DNA of 64,000 nt from Aplysia californica (Eukaryota), in the NCBI RefSeq assembly GCF_000002075.1, contig NW_004797323.1, forward strand, positions 1,428,170-1,492,169. The letters run 5' to 3'. Position numbers and translations under genes: made by a program. Position 1 is the first letter of the stretch. Every line of letters begins with the position of its first letter. The notes under the pieces are model-generated. The model saw only the letters and a program-made list of their open reading frames with translations. It did not search any database and was not told where the DNA came from. Shown piece after piece: positions 1-13,017 of this stretch.

Positions 1-393
1 CTAATGCATACTAAATACATGTTGGCACCTCATTAACTGACTTAAATAAACCCAAAACACAGAAGAAAGCCAGAAAAAAGACAATTTTTGAAAAATACTA
101 TTTTCTTACTAGTACTTTTTGAAAAAATGAAATGTTAAGGGATGATTCTGAAACCCCAGCAAATTGATAAAAATGTAAAAAGGATGAATGTTAGTTCCCA
201 ATACATTCTTGAAATGTAATGAGATGATTGTCTCATTTTTTTTTTTTCAGTGAATGTACCTAAGACCTTTTGTTCCCAAATTTCTTAATTGCATGACGAC
301 TTTACATGTAGCTGACCTTGTTCTTGACCTACTCCACGAATGGCATTGACCTTCGTTTCATCTTTCTCAACTTGTGTGCGCGTTCCCCTCCAG

Positions 394-509
394 CCCCGAC
401 TGCGGCTCCGGTTCGTGTGACTGTCACAAGTCTAAGTTCCACGGACCTGGAGATCACCTGGCAACCCCCGCCGAAGGACAACATCAACGGAGTCTTGATT
501 GGATACACG
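394..509 (+). CDS. sdk: Sidekick internal exon: first half of an FN3 domain (gene starts upstream of the window)
   Basis: ctccag|CCCC acceptor, ACG|gtaaga donor; APTAAPVRVTVTSLSSTDLEITWQPPPKDNINGVLIGYT; phase 1 in, 0 out. Confidence 0.9.
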
Positions 510-913
510 GTAAGAATGCTGACCGTTTTCATCATCTTCGTCATTGTCATCATCATTGCTGTAAAAAAAAAGTAGAGTAAAAAAGAAGGGTCGCAGGATA
601 TGTTTTGAACAAAGTGATGTAGATAATACAAATACTGAGGAAATGGTCTAAGACGACCTCTCATTGTTGAGGAGAAAAAGGGGTGTCTTAAACAAATGGC
701 CCTCTTACACAGTTTCATTAAAAATTTTTAAAGGGGGGGGGGCATGGGCAGTTTTTAAATTTATTTATGGTGTTTTACGGTGCTCACAAAAGCATAAGGT
801 CATATGAATACCTCAAATGGGAAGTGGGAGATGGGATGTTTTTATTTAATTTTTTAAAGGTGTCCCAAGACTCATGGAAAACTGTAGAGAGTGTAATGTA
901 CTCGTTTCGCCAG

Positions 914-1103
914 GTTCTGTACTGGAGTTCACCCACTGATACGTGTGAGGAGAGGAGTCCGAACTCGCTGCTGGAAAGTGGGCTGAGTGTGCTGTTGGAG
1001 GATCTCAACCCTTACACCATCTACTGCAGCACTGTGCAGGCAGTCAATCTGGCAGGAACTGGTCCCAAGAGTTCCCTGATTGCCAGGCGCACTTTGGAAG
1101 ATC
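914..1103 (+). CDS. sdk: Sidekick exon: second half of FN3
   Basis: cgccag|GTT, GATC|gtaagc; VLYW...LEDLNPYTIYCSTVQAVNLAGTGPKS...RTLED; phase 0 in, 1 out. Confidence 0.9.
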
Positions 1104-2371
1104 GTAAGCCACCATCTTGCCCGCTTGTCTGTGGTTGTCTATGTAGAAGTGGAGGGGGGGTGGGGGGTGGTGGGAATCAGCTTTTTTTCCCCTTAAAAAT
1201 GGAAAAATGGGAGCCATTTTGTTTTTATTCAAATTTACCCCAAAAGATCTGCAAAAAAAATATTTTAGGAGCTTTTTTTTTCTTCAAAATGTGAACCATT
1301 TTGTTTATATTCAAATTTGCCCCCCAAAATCTGCACAAGAAATGTTTTAGGCAATTGATCATTTAAACTTTCACAGCACTTGTCAGTAATTTTGTCCTTT
1401 ATTGTGTTTGGTTGATGTAGTCATGCAGCTAGTAAAAGCAAGGTGTATTATTAGCAAAATAATGTGTTAAGTTCAAACAAAACTTTGTGTTGCTACAATA
1501 TGTAATGGTAGAGTAGAGGAAGGCAGGACTCAGCTTATTTCCGTAATCATGAAACTAAGTTATCAATATGCTATTGAGTAACTTTTCAACCATTAAAGAT
1601 TCCATGGAAACCCCAAAACCAAAGACACAAATTTTAAAAAACCTACTAAAAGTAGGCAGAAGCTAACAAATCAAACACTCTTTTATTTTCTAATCACACT
1701 GCATTGCTTGCATAGGAATGGGCATGAGACAGACACCCCCCTCCCTCCAAAAAAAACAAAAAACAAAAACAAAACCCCCCCCACAAAAATAAACAAAACA
1801 TAACTGAACCAAACCAGCCAAGAGGAAAGAGGTTGTGCAAATCTGAAAAAAACAACAATCAGTTAAATAAGTATGAGAAATTTAGCAGTATAAAAAGTGG
1901 ACCATATGTACTAAAATGTCAAATTTGAAACATCAAGAACTGAGGCATGAGGTAAAGATTCTTTTCCCGTTGAGGGGTCACTCAAAATTGTTTTTAAAAA
2001 TCTTGCTCTTGCACGACTCGGAGGAGTTATAAAGAAAATAAAGATTTTTGTACCTGTCCCTCTTTATGAAGGTTAGTGCTACATTAAGGTTTCTATTTCA
2101 TTTCAGAGAGGTTTCCATGTGTGTGCATGTAGGATATAATATTAATTAAAGAGTGATTTAAACGAAGCCATAATGTCTTTCTCCCTATTTAAATATAAAT
2201 GATTGAATGAGCTGTAACAACATCTCCTAAAACTTCCCCTGTAAACCAGTTTAAAAATGTGGCAGTGAACCAGTTTTGGAAAATGAAAGGCAGTACATAC
2301 ATCTAAGCAGCAGTAAAGAAGTTATGTTAAAGTGTCTCTTTAAATGTGGTTGTTTCCCATTGTTTCCTCAG

Positions 2372-2506
2372 GTCCGGGTCCTCCGGCCAACTTGAGGTTC
2401 AGCAACATCGGTCTGGAGGAGCTGGTGGTACAGTGGGACCCGCCAATAGTGCCCAATGGCCTCATCAAATCGTACGAACTACAGTACTACGTCACGGTGG
2501 ATGGGG
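2372..2506 (+). CDS. sdk: Sidekick exon: first half of FN3 (not in ORF track)
   Basis: cctcag|GT, GGGG|gtgagt; RPGPPANLRFSNIGLEELVVQWDPPIVPNGLIKSYELQYYVTVDG; phase 1/1. Confidence 0.9.
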
Positions 2507-3391
2507 GTGAGTGACAGAAAGCACCGTCAAAATTGTGGAAGACAGCCACTTGGCGATATGGGCCACCTGAAGAAAAGTGGTCACTTAGACTGATAGATGT
2601 CTTACAATGGCATTATAGTGTGGGAAATGAGGGGAAATGGGGAGTGGCCATTTGTGTATATGATTGATTCATTCAGGTGGCTGTTAGAGCAGGTCTGGCT
2701 ATACATCTATCCTTTTAGAATTTGGTGAAGTTTGAGAGACATAAATTGCTTGCTTCCTTTTTTGAGTAATTGGTTATGTTGAGGAAATTTTTGTCCCACA
2801 ACATTTCTGACAGTATTAGTGTTTTGTTGAATTTTATTTTGCAACCTTCATGACTGAATTTGGTGCTGTTGTCGAATCTTTGTAACCTATAAGGCTTGAA
2901 CTGTTGGTGTTGTAAAATCATCATTATAAGGTAGGGATGTGTGTATAATAAACAGTAAAAAGTCAACAGCATTTATGGTTTAGACTTTACTGAGAACATG
3001 ACAAAAAGGGAACTCCCTAAGTGCCAAGGAAGAGAACAGGAAAAAAATGAAGCAGAGGGATGAGTATTGCATCGCTTAGAATTTGGGTACAAGAGTGCAG
3101 CAGAATTCTATTTTTTTCAACAGAACCGCGTATATATTGTTTAAGCTGTATTGCATAACACTTAAAACAGAAATTGGTATTGTCGTATAGTATTTTTTAA
3201 ATCATAAAATGCTTTTGACTGAAATTGTTGGTGTGTTTTTAACTTTAGAACACAACCTTCAGAGCAGAAATAGTTTGTGTGGAAACTTTATTACACTGCC
3301 TTCAGGGAGGAAAACGTTGATGTAGTAGCATTTTTATTATGCAACCTTTTTGGGGGGAAATTGGCGGTGCTGTAGAAACTTCATTACACTA

Positions 3392-4352
3392 CAGTAGTCT
3401 CCGCCTAAACGCACGCTATTCAAAAGCATGCTCCGCTCAAACGCACGCTTTCGTCATCTGACGGGTTTTTACTATATAATTTAGACGTACAAACGCATGA
3501 TCACTCTCTCTAAAAGCACGGTCCGATCCGTGAAACACACCGACAAGTTAAGCTTGACAAGGAGAAATTTTCACTACAACCTGCACAGCCTGCATAAGAC
3601 AAGCCTAGAAAACCGGATAGTTGGTGAGACTGCCCCTCACGCCGAACAAAGAGAGTGATGGACGGCGTTTTCACTCCCAACTTGCCACAGAAACATAGGT
3701 CAAGGACTAGTTGGTAAAAAGTTGGGGGACTGACATGATTTTTTTTTATTGGTCACTGGAAATGTATCTTTGAGAGAAGGTTTCTGACTGGTGTTTGGGT
3801 GACGACGTTTATTTTAATGTTAAGTTAGACCTAGGCCTGATGCGCGACACGCGTAAAACACTAGACAGGCCTCTAGATCTATAGCCAAGTAAGCCTAATC
3901 AGCTGCGCTCGAAGAACTTAAGACGTACTTTTTCAACGAATCGCTAAAGAAATGTTTTTAGGAATGTAGAGATCTATGATGCTGATGTCGTCCATGAATT
4001 TACCGTAGGGGGTGGTCCCTTGGAAAGCCATGTGGTTGGGCCATCGTCTCTATAACTATCACCAACAGTTCCCTCCTAGGCTATCTTATAGTGCATATTC
4101 ATTACATTGAGTCTTGTCTTTCTCCCCCCAAACGCCTTTGTATTCTTAAGCCCAGTCGGGGAATCCTTCACAAAACAGTCATGTGTTGTCACATCATCGG
4201 CCAAAATGACCCCCACCCTCCAAGGGAGGTCACTACAGTAATAAGGAATTGAGATGACTGCACCCCTTCCTCCCTTTGCAAAGGTTCATGCTCCATATAA
4301 ACACATGCTAAAGAGCCCTCCCAAGCACCGTGCGTTTAGGCGGAGACCATTG
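3392..4352 (+). mobile_element. Tc1/mariner (Tigger/pogo-like) non-autonomous element, copy 1
   Basis: TA-flanked TIR CAGTAGTCTCCGCCTAAACGCACG...CGTGCGTTTAGGCGGAGACCATTG. Confidence 0.85.
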
Positions 4353-4678
4353 TACCTTGAAAGCAGAAATTGTCAGAGTTGAAATTGGCTATGCTGTACA
4401 AGGATAATCTGTTACCTATGTTTTTATTTCATCTTGGAGATTTCAGTACTTTGATTTGAAGACTGATTTCTGTGTCAAGTAATGACCTACTAGGTCTTGT
4501 AGTTTTCTCTAAAAGACTGTAAGTTATGAATATTTGAATTAGATGCATGGAGTTTCTGTGGGTATAGCTCTATCAGAAAAGAGCTGTAGATTTGTAATTT
4601 CAGTTGAGAAATAGAATTGTTATTATCAGTTGCTGATGAACTGATTTTCTCTCTTGCTTTTACTTTTAAATTCTAAAG

Positions 4679-4837
4679 AAACGGCCAAGGTGACGCGGAC
4701 ACTAAGTGGCAGCGAGACACAGCAGAATGTGACAGACTTGGCAGAGGAGGAGAGGTACACGTTCACCCTGGCTGCCTTTACTGCTATCGGGAAAGGGAAT
4801 GTGACACAAAAGAGTGTCCGCACCGGATGGCAGCCTG
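4679..4837 (+). CDS. sdk: Sidekick exon: second half of FN3
   Basis: ctaaag|AA, CCTG|gtaagt; ETAKVTRTLSG...VTDLAEEERYTFTLAAFTAIGKG...VRTGWQPG; phase 1/1. Confidence 0.88.
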
Positions 4838-5255
4838 GTAAGTCTAGGAAAATAGGTTTTTTTCCAGAGAAATGTTGCTGAAATCCTAGATATCGTTGAG
4901 CTGCTGTTAAATTGTAGGCTCCAAAGTCTAAAATTTTGAAATAAAAAAAAAATTTGCAATTTCTTTATCTGTGGTATTGGTTGCATATGCTCAAGAAATA
5001 TTTTGTCAAGATAAATTCTAAATAGAGAGAAACAACAAGGTAAGATTGAAGAATGAAACAGTTTTTTGTCTCTCCAGTAAAATTTTGGTTTCTGAGCTTA
5101 GAACATTTTAACAGCTTGCTGACAGTATGTAGAATGTTTCCCTTGGGGGAGGGGAGAGGAAAAGGGGGGGGTGCATTTACATTGAATTTGTGAATCCCAG
5201 TGTGATTTTTCTCATGAGTAATACAACTATCATCTGTTGCTCTGTGTGGCCGCAG

Positions 5256-5405
5256 GTTCCCCTGATCCGCCTGGGCGGCCGACCGTCATGCGTCAGTCGA
5301 AGAACCTGGTCATCACGTGGGAGAAAAGAGGGCCAGGGAAGTCGCCAATTACAGGCTATCTGGTCCGTTCCAAAGAGAGAACAAGCAGACAAGCCAGGTC
5401 CACGG
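5256..5405 (+). CDS. sdk: Sidekick exon: first half of membrane-proximal FN3
   Basis: ccgcag|GT, ACGG|gtatgt; GSPDPPGRP...LVITWEKRGPGKSPITGYLVRSK...; phase 1/1. Confidence 0.88.
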
Positions 5406-6299
5406 GTATGTCATGTCGTACATTTGATACAATTCTGTGTCTGTGAATTTTTTTTGCTTTTAACAAATTGTAATTTTTCAGGGCAGCTTTCTTGGGTTTT
5501 GTTTTTCCTAGAAATATTTGTTAGAGGTTGATTTCCTTTAGTGTTGTAATTTTCCAGGAACTTGTTCATAGTTGGTATCATGTAATGTTTTGTTTCGCTT
5601 AAAACTTGTTGCTGTAGTTTTATTTTCTGTGTTTTGTTTTTCTTAGCACTCATTCAAGGCTGATTTCTTTGTGTTTTTATAAGAACTCTAACTCTTTGGG
5701 CCCGTAATTGTTTTCCACTGACACGCCCATTATGCTGGAATTAATTTTCTCAAAAGCACCCATTACAATAGAATACCTTATTCAAATTGATTCTGTTGCC
5801 ATATTTTTTCAGTGATTTAATACTACTGGAAAAGTGATTGAACGAACTATCACAATAGATGGGTTGCCTGGTTCTTTGTGTTATTATGTAAGAGCAATTG
5901 CGCTATAAAGGGGGGTAATAACTGAAAAATCATTAAATCGGCTAGTTTGATGAGTTTCTTCCAGCTTACTGTCACCACTACCCATGAAATACAGACTGAT
6001 ACTCAACAGAAATGTTTATAAGTCACCTTTGTCTCAATACCACACAAGTAGGTATTCCAGAACAGATCTTGTTCTATAATTTATATTTGGAGTATTTTTG
6101 TTTTTAATCTTGCATTTTCTCTAACCTATGTGGTCATTATCATGTCAGTATGTTTCTCTTTTCTAGAAGATAAATGAATTTTAAAACCCCCCAAAAAACA
6201 AAAGACTCAGCAAATGGCTAATTCCATTTTCAAAGCTTATTATTTTGGAAAAGAAAAGTACGGTTTCTGGGATACTTAAATAGGCGTAAGAGCCTTGAA

Positions 6300-6497
6300 C
6301 ACTTAGCTCTCACAGGCAACATGGAAGGCAAACAAGTTAGGGGTAGAACCAGACCATTCTTCTTTCGAGAGCCTAAACAAATAGGTGACGGGGAAAGATC
6401 AGGATAATATAGCTTTTTTGAGAGCAGTTGAACAAAGGAATGAATGGAGAACGATGATCATCTATGTCTGTTGCAGATCTGGCACTTTATGATGATG
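6300..6497 (+). mobile_element. RTE LINE 3' fragment, same family as 10850-11346
   Basis: Matches GGGAAAGATCAGG...CAAAGGAATGAATGGA...GCAGATCTGGCACT and has a (TGA)n tail; ends ~30 bp before an sdk acceptor. Confidence 0.8.
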
Positions 6498-6527
6498 GTT
6501 GTTATTTTTTTTGGTTAATATCCTCAG

Positions 6528-6701
6528 CCTCAAACAAGTGGCAGGAGTTGGTGAGAGTGAACAGTCCCGAGCCTTCTGCCACGGTGCACCTCAGCCTTCT
6601 CAAGCCTAATGTGAGCTATGCTTTCCGGGTCAGGGCCATCAACTCATATGGAATCAGCAACGCCAGCTTGGCGACAGACTTCTATGAAACGCCCAGCTCT
6701 T
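6528..6701 (+). CDS. sdk: Sidekick exon: second half of membrane-proximal FN3
   Basis: cctcag|CC, TCTT|gtgagt; ...LLKPNVSYAFRVRAINSYGISNAS...; phase 1/1. Confidence 0.9.
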
Positions 6702-7616
6702 GTGAGTTTGCCGTCATCACATAGCAGTGGGGGAAAGTTTTTTATTTTTTTGTTTTTTGTCCGATATTCAAGGTGGAATTTTGCAGATGATTGGAGGGAG
6801 CCATCAACTTGTACTGTATCCTGGCCACCAATACCAATGAGATGCCAGGGGAGAATTTTTGTTAATTGTGTTGTCTAATGATTTAGATGGACTATTGTGG
6901 GTGGTTAGAGGGTGCTAGTGATAGATCTTACTTCTTTCCTTTCCCTCTTTTGTTTCTGTCTGTCCAGTTTACTTTTTCCTAGAAGACCATTATTGTGTCC
7001 ACATGCTTCTTTTTATTCGAAGTAGGGGAATTTTTTTGTCATGGATTATTTTTGTGTTGTCTGTTTACATTCCCCTTTAAATTTATTTATTGGGATAATC
7101 TTATAAATTCTGATTGTTGTCTTTTCCTTGCTCTTGCTGCAACCTGCATTCAATGTGTGTGTGCATGTGTGCAGTTATTGGTTTGAGGCCACCACTGGTA
7201 GGTCTTATTTCTTTACTTTCCATCTGTTGTTTCTTTCCGTCTGTCTTACTTTTTCCCAGCACTAAACGACCATTATTGTGTTGATGTGCTTCTTTTTACT
7301 GAAAGTTGTCTAAAAATTTCTTTTGTGTTTAAACTGGCCCTAATTTCTGAAAAGTTGAAAAAAAAGCCATTTTTTATCGTGACACTTCTTTTTGTATGAG
7401 ATCTTATGGAATATTTAGGACTGTCCATTGCTTCTAGAACTGTATTTTCTTTTACTGCAATTAAATAAAATGTTATACAATATTTATGCATTACCTTTAA
7501 CATCTCCCAAAATATTTCAACCTTTCAAGTAGTACAAGATATTTCTGTTCCGTCTGTAACATCATTCAAAATGTTTCTACCCATCCAATAAATTACCGTG
7601 ATGTTTTCTGTTCCAG

Positions 7617-7748
7617 TGATTGTGAGGAAATCGGCACCGTTCTACACACAGTGGTGGTTCCTCATCATTGTGGCCCTGATTGGCATCGTTCTCATCCTAC
7701 TGGTTATCACAACTCTGTGTTACATGGGCCAGAGACGCAACAAAGGCA
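7617..7748 (+). CDS. sdk: Sidekick transmembrane exon (not in ORF track)
   Basis: ttccag|TG, GGCA|gtgagt; LIVRKSAPFYTQWWFLIIVALIGIVLILLVITTLCYMGQRRNKG; PFYxxWWFL is typical of Sdk. Confidence 0.92.
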
Positions 7749-7840
7749 GTGAGTTGTTTCTCCTCTGTTTGACTTAACGTTCCTGTAATAAGGGGACTGA
7801 TGTTGTAAATGTGTTATGGAGATACTGACAAAGAGAATTA

Positions 7841-8022
7841 CCGTTGAAATTGTCCAAGATGGCCACCAACTGTTAAAGAGAAAAGTTGTTGTCTTAGACG
7901 GATGGATGCCTAGGGTAGTGTCATTGTGATATAGAAAAATGCAAAGGGAGAAGTGGGATGGCTTGTGGCTGTTTGTACAGTGAATTGTCTTGGACAGTGG
8001 ACCTTAAGAGCAGGTTTGACTT
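7841..8022 (+). mobile_element. ~180-bp Tigger-like MITE family (other copies ~640-720, 14201-14379, 16596-16762, 40295-40430 reversed)
   Basis: Shared GTTGAAATTGTCCAAGATGGCCACC...GTCTTAGAC...CAGGTTTGAC. Confidence 0.7.
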
Positions 8023-8110
8023 TATTATGAAGTCGTGTGAGCTTCCAGTTAGAAGGAATACAAAACTGTAAGTTGTTGAACACCTCTTCTGCTTGCAGGG
8101 AATAAATGCT

Positions 8111-8275
8111 CTGCCTTTAGGTTCACAATGAATATTTACATTACCTTTTGGCTGGCAATACCTAAATATGTTGCCTTTTTGTCTCACAATGAATATATAC
8201 ATCCCCTTTTGGCTTATTATACATAGGTACATTTCTTCCTGGCTCACAATGAATATCTATTGCTTTTGGCTTAAC
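8111..8275 (+). repeat. Minisatellite, ~30-bp units alternating as a ~61-bp dimer
   Basis: TCACAATGAATAT x3 interleaved with a CCTTTTGGCT variant. Confidence 0.7.
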
Positions 8276-8888
8276 ATAGTCCTGCCACTGACAAGTGTAT
8301 GCACTCCTCACCTGCACCTGAAGACATGAACATCAGCTCTCGTGAGTTGTTATTTTTTAAAGTAACTATAAAGCACACCAAATAACAACTGGTCATTAGT
8401 TTTATATGCTGCCGTTAAAAAAAAGTTTTGTTCAGGATTTGATGCAAAGCAAAGGACATGTGTAGTTATCTGATCTTTAGAGGCATTGTTGAGTCAAAAT
8501 CTACAATTTATAAGCGTGTGTCTTGAAGTAGTTTACTGACATTGTGTGTATTTTGAAGAATTCCTTTAATTTTTCCCTCTGTTGCAGGTGGTGAATGTGG
8601 TTTGTGTTCGCTTTTGATCATTCTATGTATCGGCTAGATCTGTTCCTGGCGAAATATGGCTATTGTCATGCCTCAGAGAACACTCTATGCTGGTGGTGGT
8701 TGGAAGGGGCAGCTGTTTGACTCCACTTTTTTTCTTGTCCTTTGCTGTTTCTATTAGTATGTCTGTCTAGCTTCATTCTGGCACCTAATGATTGTTATGT
8801 CAATGTGCTTCTCTTTACCCAAAGCTCAAGGACTGTTTCTTAAACTCTGTTGTCTGAACACGAACAACTATTTTGTCTGTTCAAACAG

Positions 8889-9033
8889 AAGACCTGAAGC
8901 GATCAACGACCAACACTACCATGATGTCCGTGACCCCAGAGCCAGAAGACGGTGGATTCCCATCTCTAGAGCTGCAACGTTCACGCAGAAGTCTGAACAG
9001 AAACGGCAGAGTACAGAACAATATATATGCCAG
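8889..9033 (+). CDS. sdk: Sidekick cytoplasmic exon
   Basis: aaacag|AA, GCCAG|gtgaga; KDLKRSTT...EDGGFPSLELQRSRRSL...NNIYAR; phase 1 in, 2 out. Confidence 0.88.
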
Positions 9034-10260
9034 GTGAGAACTGACTGTTAACAAAGTTCGAGGCATTTCCCACTCTTCAGACTTGTGGTTGAAAAGTGAA
9101 CAATTAGATATTGTGTCTAATCAGAAACTCTTTTCTGATCGGGTACTTTTCAGGTTTTTTCTTTTACATTCATGATTTGATCTGTGTGGTTATTTTCAAA
9201 TATTTGGTACTTTTTAATAGTTGTGTTTGAGGTTTTTTCCGTTCATATCTCGTTCTGTGTTACTATTAGTATCCAGTATGTGGTACTTTTGGTTGTTAGG
9301 TTTCATGTTCCTCACATTCATATCTTGGTCCTTGTAGCTATTGTAATAATTATTATTATCATGATAGTATTTGTGGAGTTGAAGGCTGTCAGTTATGAGT
9401 AATTTGTACTAACTGTACCTTGTCTTCTGGTCTTCTCCAGTGAGTCTATAGGTGGCTCATCCTTTATTCCTCTCTCCTTCCACTCCTCTAGTCTTCCTCT
9501 TCCCGTCCTTTCCTGTGAGTCTGGTGTGGTTTGTCCCCCATTTATGTCCCTAAAGGACTAACTTTTCCCCCCACTTGGATTGAAATATCTTAAATTGACT
9601 GCTTTATTGTATTGTTTGTGATATCTTAATGAGAGTTTGTTTTTGTTTGTTTCAGATTTATTAGTATTGTAGGGGGCACTTTGAGGGCGCCACTGATAGG
9701 TCCTACTTTTCTTTCCATCTTTAGTTTATGTCTGTCTTGCATTTTCTTTGCACTAAATTATTGCCATTGTGTTCATATTCTTCTCTTTACTCAAACAAAC
9801 AAAACAAACTGATGTTTTTTAGACCTATATTTGTCCTGTTCTTTGTATGTACTGAGTGCTCAGATGAAATATCTGGTTTTATGATTGAAACCCATAACTT
9901 TGTATTCATTCCTGTATGTTGATGAACTGATTAGCATTCAATAGTAATTATGTTAAATTGAGTGTCATATATTGATGCTGCGATGCTCTGTCATGTAATT
10001 GATTTCTTAAAATTTTGTCAACATGCAAAAAAACCCAAACCCTTGTGATTTAAATGATGGGAGACGACAGAAACGTTAGCTCACAAAACTGTTATGCTAT
10101 TCATAGTACACATTTTCTCCTGATTTTTTTTTGGGTGGACTTGTAGATTGACCACCGCAGTGGTTATAAAGAAAAAAAAAGAGTTATTCTATTTTTTCCA
10201 CACACACAGTGAGATCACAATGGCAGCTATATAAAGATTTTGTTTTTTGTTTGTTTTTAG

Positions 10261-10441
10261 GTCACCGCCTCGCCCAAGCCCTGCGAGCGTGACCTACTCG
10301 GAAGACTTACCTCCTGTGGCTGGGGCCTCAGGGGGTGGGGCTGTTGGTGGTGCTGCGGCCATCAAACCACCGATGTCAGACGACGGGAGCTCTGTCCTGT
10401 CGGAGAAACCATCCAACCTCGGTGACTCCTCTGATGAAGTG
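10261..10441 (+). CDS. sdk: Sidekick cytoplasmic exon
   Basis: ttttag|G, GTG|gtaaga; RSPPRPSPASVTYSED and SVLSEKPS match conserved Sdk motifs; phase 2 in, 0 out. Confidence 0.92.
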
Positions 10442-10849
10442 GTAAGAGAAGATGGTCTCATGGAGACTTGCAATGTCTGTATGAAGAAAACAAAGATTTG
10501 AAAAATATTAAGTGGACTTAACTGACCCCACTGAAAAAGAACTGAAATGTTTTTAAATGAAAAAATAGGAAGTCTAGTCTGCAGCAGCAACAAATAAGTT
10601 GAGACTTCCAAAAAAAAAAGGAAAGACAATTATTTCTATCTGTAGAGAAAGTCTCTTTGTAAAGCTAACTCATTTTCAAAATTAATTCAGTATGTGCAAC
10701 AACCCAAAATTCACGCAGGTGCTATCTTAACCTTTTTTAAGCCATACCAGTCTTCCCTTCACGTTGCCATACCGGTTTTTACCGACTTTCCTGCTGTACG
10801 GATTTTACTGGCCTCACACACCGGATAAGGAGAACTACAATGGCTAAGG

Positions 10850-11346
10850 CTAGTTTCAATAAATAGAAACATCTCAATGAACACCAAAATGAAAGTCCTG
10901 AAATACTATGTTTGGTCAACCCTTCTATACGGCTGTGAATGCTGGACAATCACTAAAGAGAGTGAAAATAAAATAGAAGCAACAGAAATGTGGTTTCTTA
11001 GGAGACTGCTAAGAGTATCGTGGAAGGAAAAGAAATCAAATGAGGTAGTGCTTGATGAAGCCCATGGGGGACGCTCAATGTTAAAAGCAATCAGGAAACG
11101 ACAAATGCAGTTTTTGGGACACCTGAATAGACATAAAGGTCTTGAACATCTAGCTCTCACTGGCAAAATTGAGGGCAAGCGAGGCAGGGGTAGGCCCAGA
11201 ACAACATACTTAGGGAACCTAAACAAATGGGTAACAGGGAAAGATCAGGGAAACGTAGCTTTTTTGAGAGCATCTGAGCAAAGGAATGAATGGAAAACCA
11301 CAATCGCAGATGTCTGTGGCAGATCTGGCACTGGATGATGATGATG
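10850..11346 (+). mobile_element. 5'-truncated RTE-clade LINE, ORF2 C-terminus
   Basis: YVWSTLLYGCECWT...EMWFLRRLL...FLGH...GKIEGKRGRGRPR; (TGA)n tail. Confidence 0.9.
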
Positions 11347-12036
11347 AATTTAGAAGCTGATGTTCTAGGTCTTTTTATTTGAAATTTAATTGAAATACGT
11401 CACCTAGATCAAAAGCAAAAGCAATTTCTTAATTACATCCCTGAACCTCTGAGAAACACTGAAATAATTTGGTTCTGCTGTGCTGACCTGCTGACCTCTT
11501 TATGGTGCTAAAAGGGTTAAATAACAATAAGATATATATCGAAAAGAATATAAAACTCAAAACTCAAATAATCAGACTATCAGACCAATCAAACGTGACT
11601 TTGTCTTCCTTTCCAATAATTATGAGGACATCTTTTTTGTATGAAAGTGCTATAGGACTCATAATTATTGGCCCCTTGGATTTATCACATCTGCATGAGA
11701 CAGCATACATATGTATGAGTAGAAAAGGAAAAAACAAAGAAAGAAGAAGAGAGAAGTGGAAAGGAGAGAGAAAGGGAGTAGTTGTTTTAGAGAGGGAGAG
11801 AGAAAGGTTAATATGTTCTTACTTTTATAATTGGTGTGATATTTGTGTAGTCAAAGATGAGGACACCGCAACGTCTGTTCCCGGTTTTGGGGACATCATT
11901 TTGTCTTCTTGCGTTTCTCATAGTGTTTTATCCTTTCTCTCAGCTTCTCTTTTTTTCTATGATGATCTCCTATCTTTTACCATAATGTTTTCTTATCCTT
12001 TTTTGTAATCTTCCCTTATCCTTTGTCATGATCAAA

Positions 12037-12390
12037 GGCGTCGGTGGCCTATTGGTTAGGCTCTCGGACTCGCAACCATAAGGTTGTGGGTTCGAATCCC
12101 GTCAGGGTCCCGACGTTGTGTCCTTGGGAAAGGCACTTTACATGAATTTTCCTCACTTCACCCAGTTGGGAATGGGTACCCGGCTATAGACAGCGAAAGA
12201 TCTTGTCAGTTTGTTAGTGTTTAAGCGCTTAATCAGCTGCTTGCACTGTATGCTTCCCGGGAAGCAGAGAATGTTTCGGAGTGTTCTATGGTCTGCTGGG
12301 GTAATAATATAGTGTAGAGCGCATAGAGCCTGCTGTTGAGCGGGGATATGCGCTATACAAATGCTATTTATTTATTATTATTATTATTAT
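12037..12390 (+). mobile_element. tRNA-derived CORE-type SINE with L2/CR1-like tail
   Basis: A/B boxes GGTGGCCTATTGG / GGTTCGAATCCC; TTGTGTCCTTGGGAAAGGCACTT core; TGCGCTATACAAAT...(TTA)n tail. Confidence 0.85.
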
Positions 12391-13017
12391 CATCTCCTGT
12401 TTTTCATCATAATCTTTTCTTGCCTGTTTTCATGGTCTTGTTCCATTTAAAAATCATAATTGTATCCTGTGTTTTACCATAATCTTCTCTTGTCCTTCTT
12501 CCTGGTATCTTTTCTTTTCTTTTATGGTTATGTAGGACCTATTTTATACTCTATCATATGCTCTAATTTCATTGCAAGTTCCCGAAAACTCTTACTGAAA
12601 ACAAACATCATGCTTTTTAGCACGTTTAGTCTATTCCTTTATTATAATGTTTGTCTTTAAATTGTTTTATAGGTCTTCTCTCTTCTTTTGTCGTAATATC
12701 TTCACTTACCCTTTATTATATTATTCCGTCTTCTTTTTTATTTCATCCTGTCTTGTACTTGATTATAGTGTCTTCACTTGCCTTTTATCCAAATGTCTTC
12801 TTTTATCCTTTATTATATATGTAATGCCTTTCATTCTTTATTATATTTTTTCTCTTATACTTTATTATAAGGTGTTCTCTTACCCTCAATAATATATTGC
12901 CTTTTGTTTGTTCAACTATTTGTTATTGTCTTTTATAATCTCATCCTGTTCTTGGTCAAGTATTTTCACATCTTCATCTGTCACTGATGATGATGAGTCT
13001 CTGTGTTTCTCTTTTAG

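Noticed and set aside
8111-8275. CRISPR-like appearance of 30-38-bp repeats (also 22228-22442)
   Set aside because: Degenerate head-to-tail minisatellites without unique spacers, in eukaryotic DNA with no cas genes.
12037-12110. tRNA-like sequences (also ~45745-45818 and ~57140-57215)
   Set aside because: They continue into SINE cores and tails, are multicopy, and two have TSDs; they are SINE heads, not tRNA genes.
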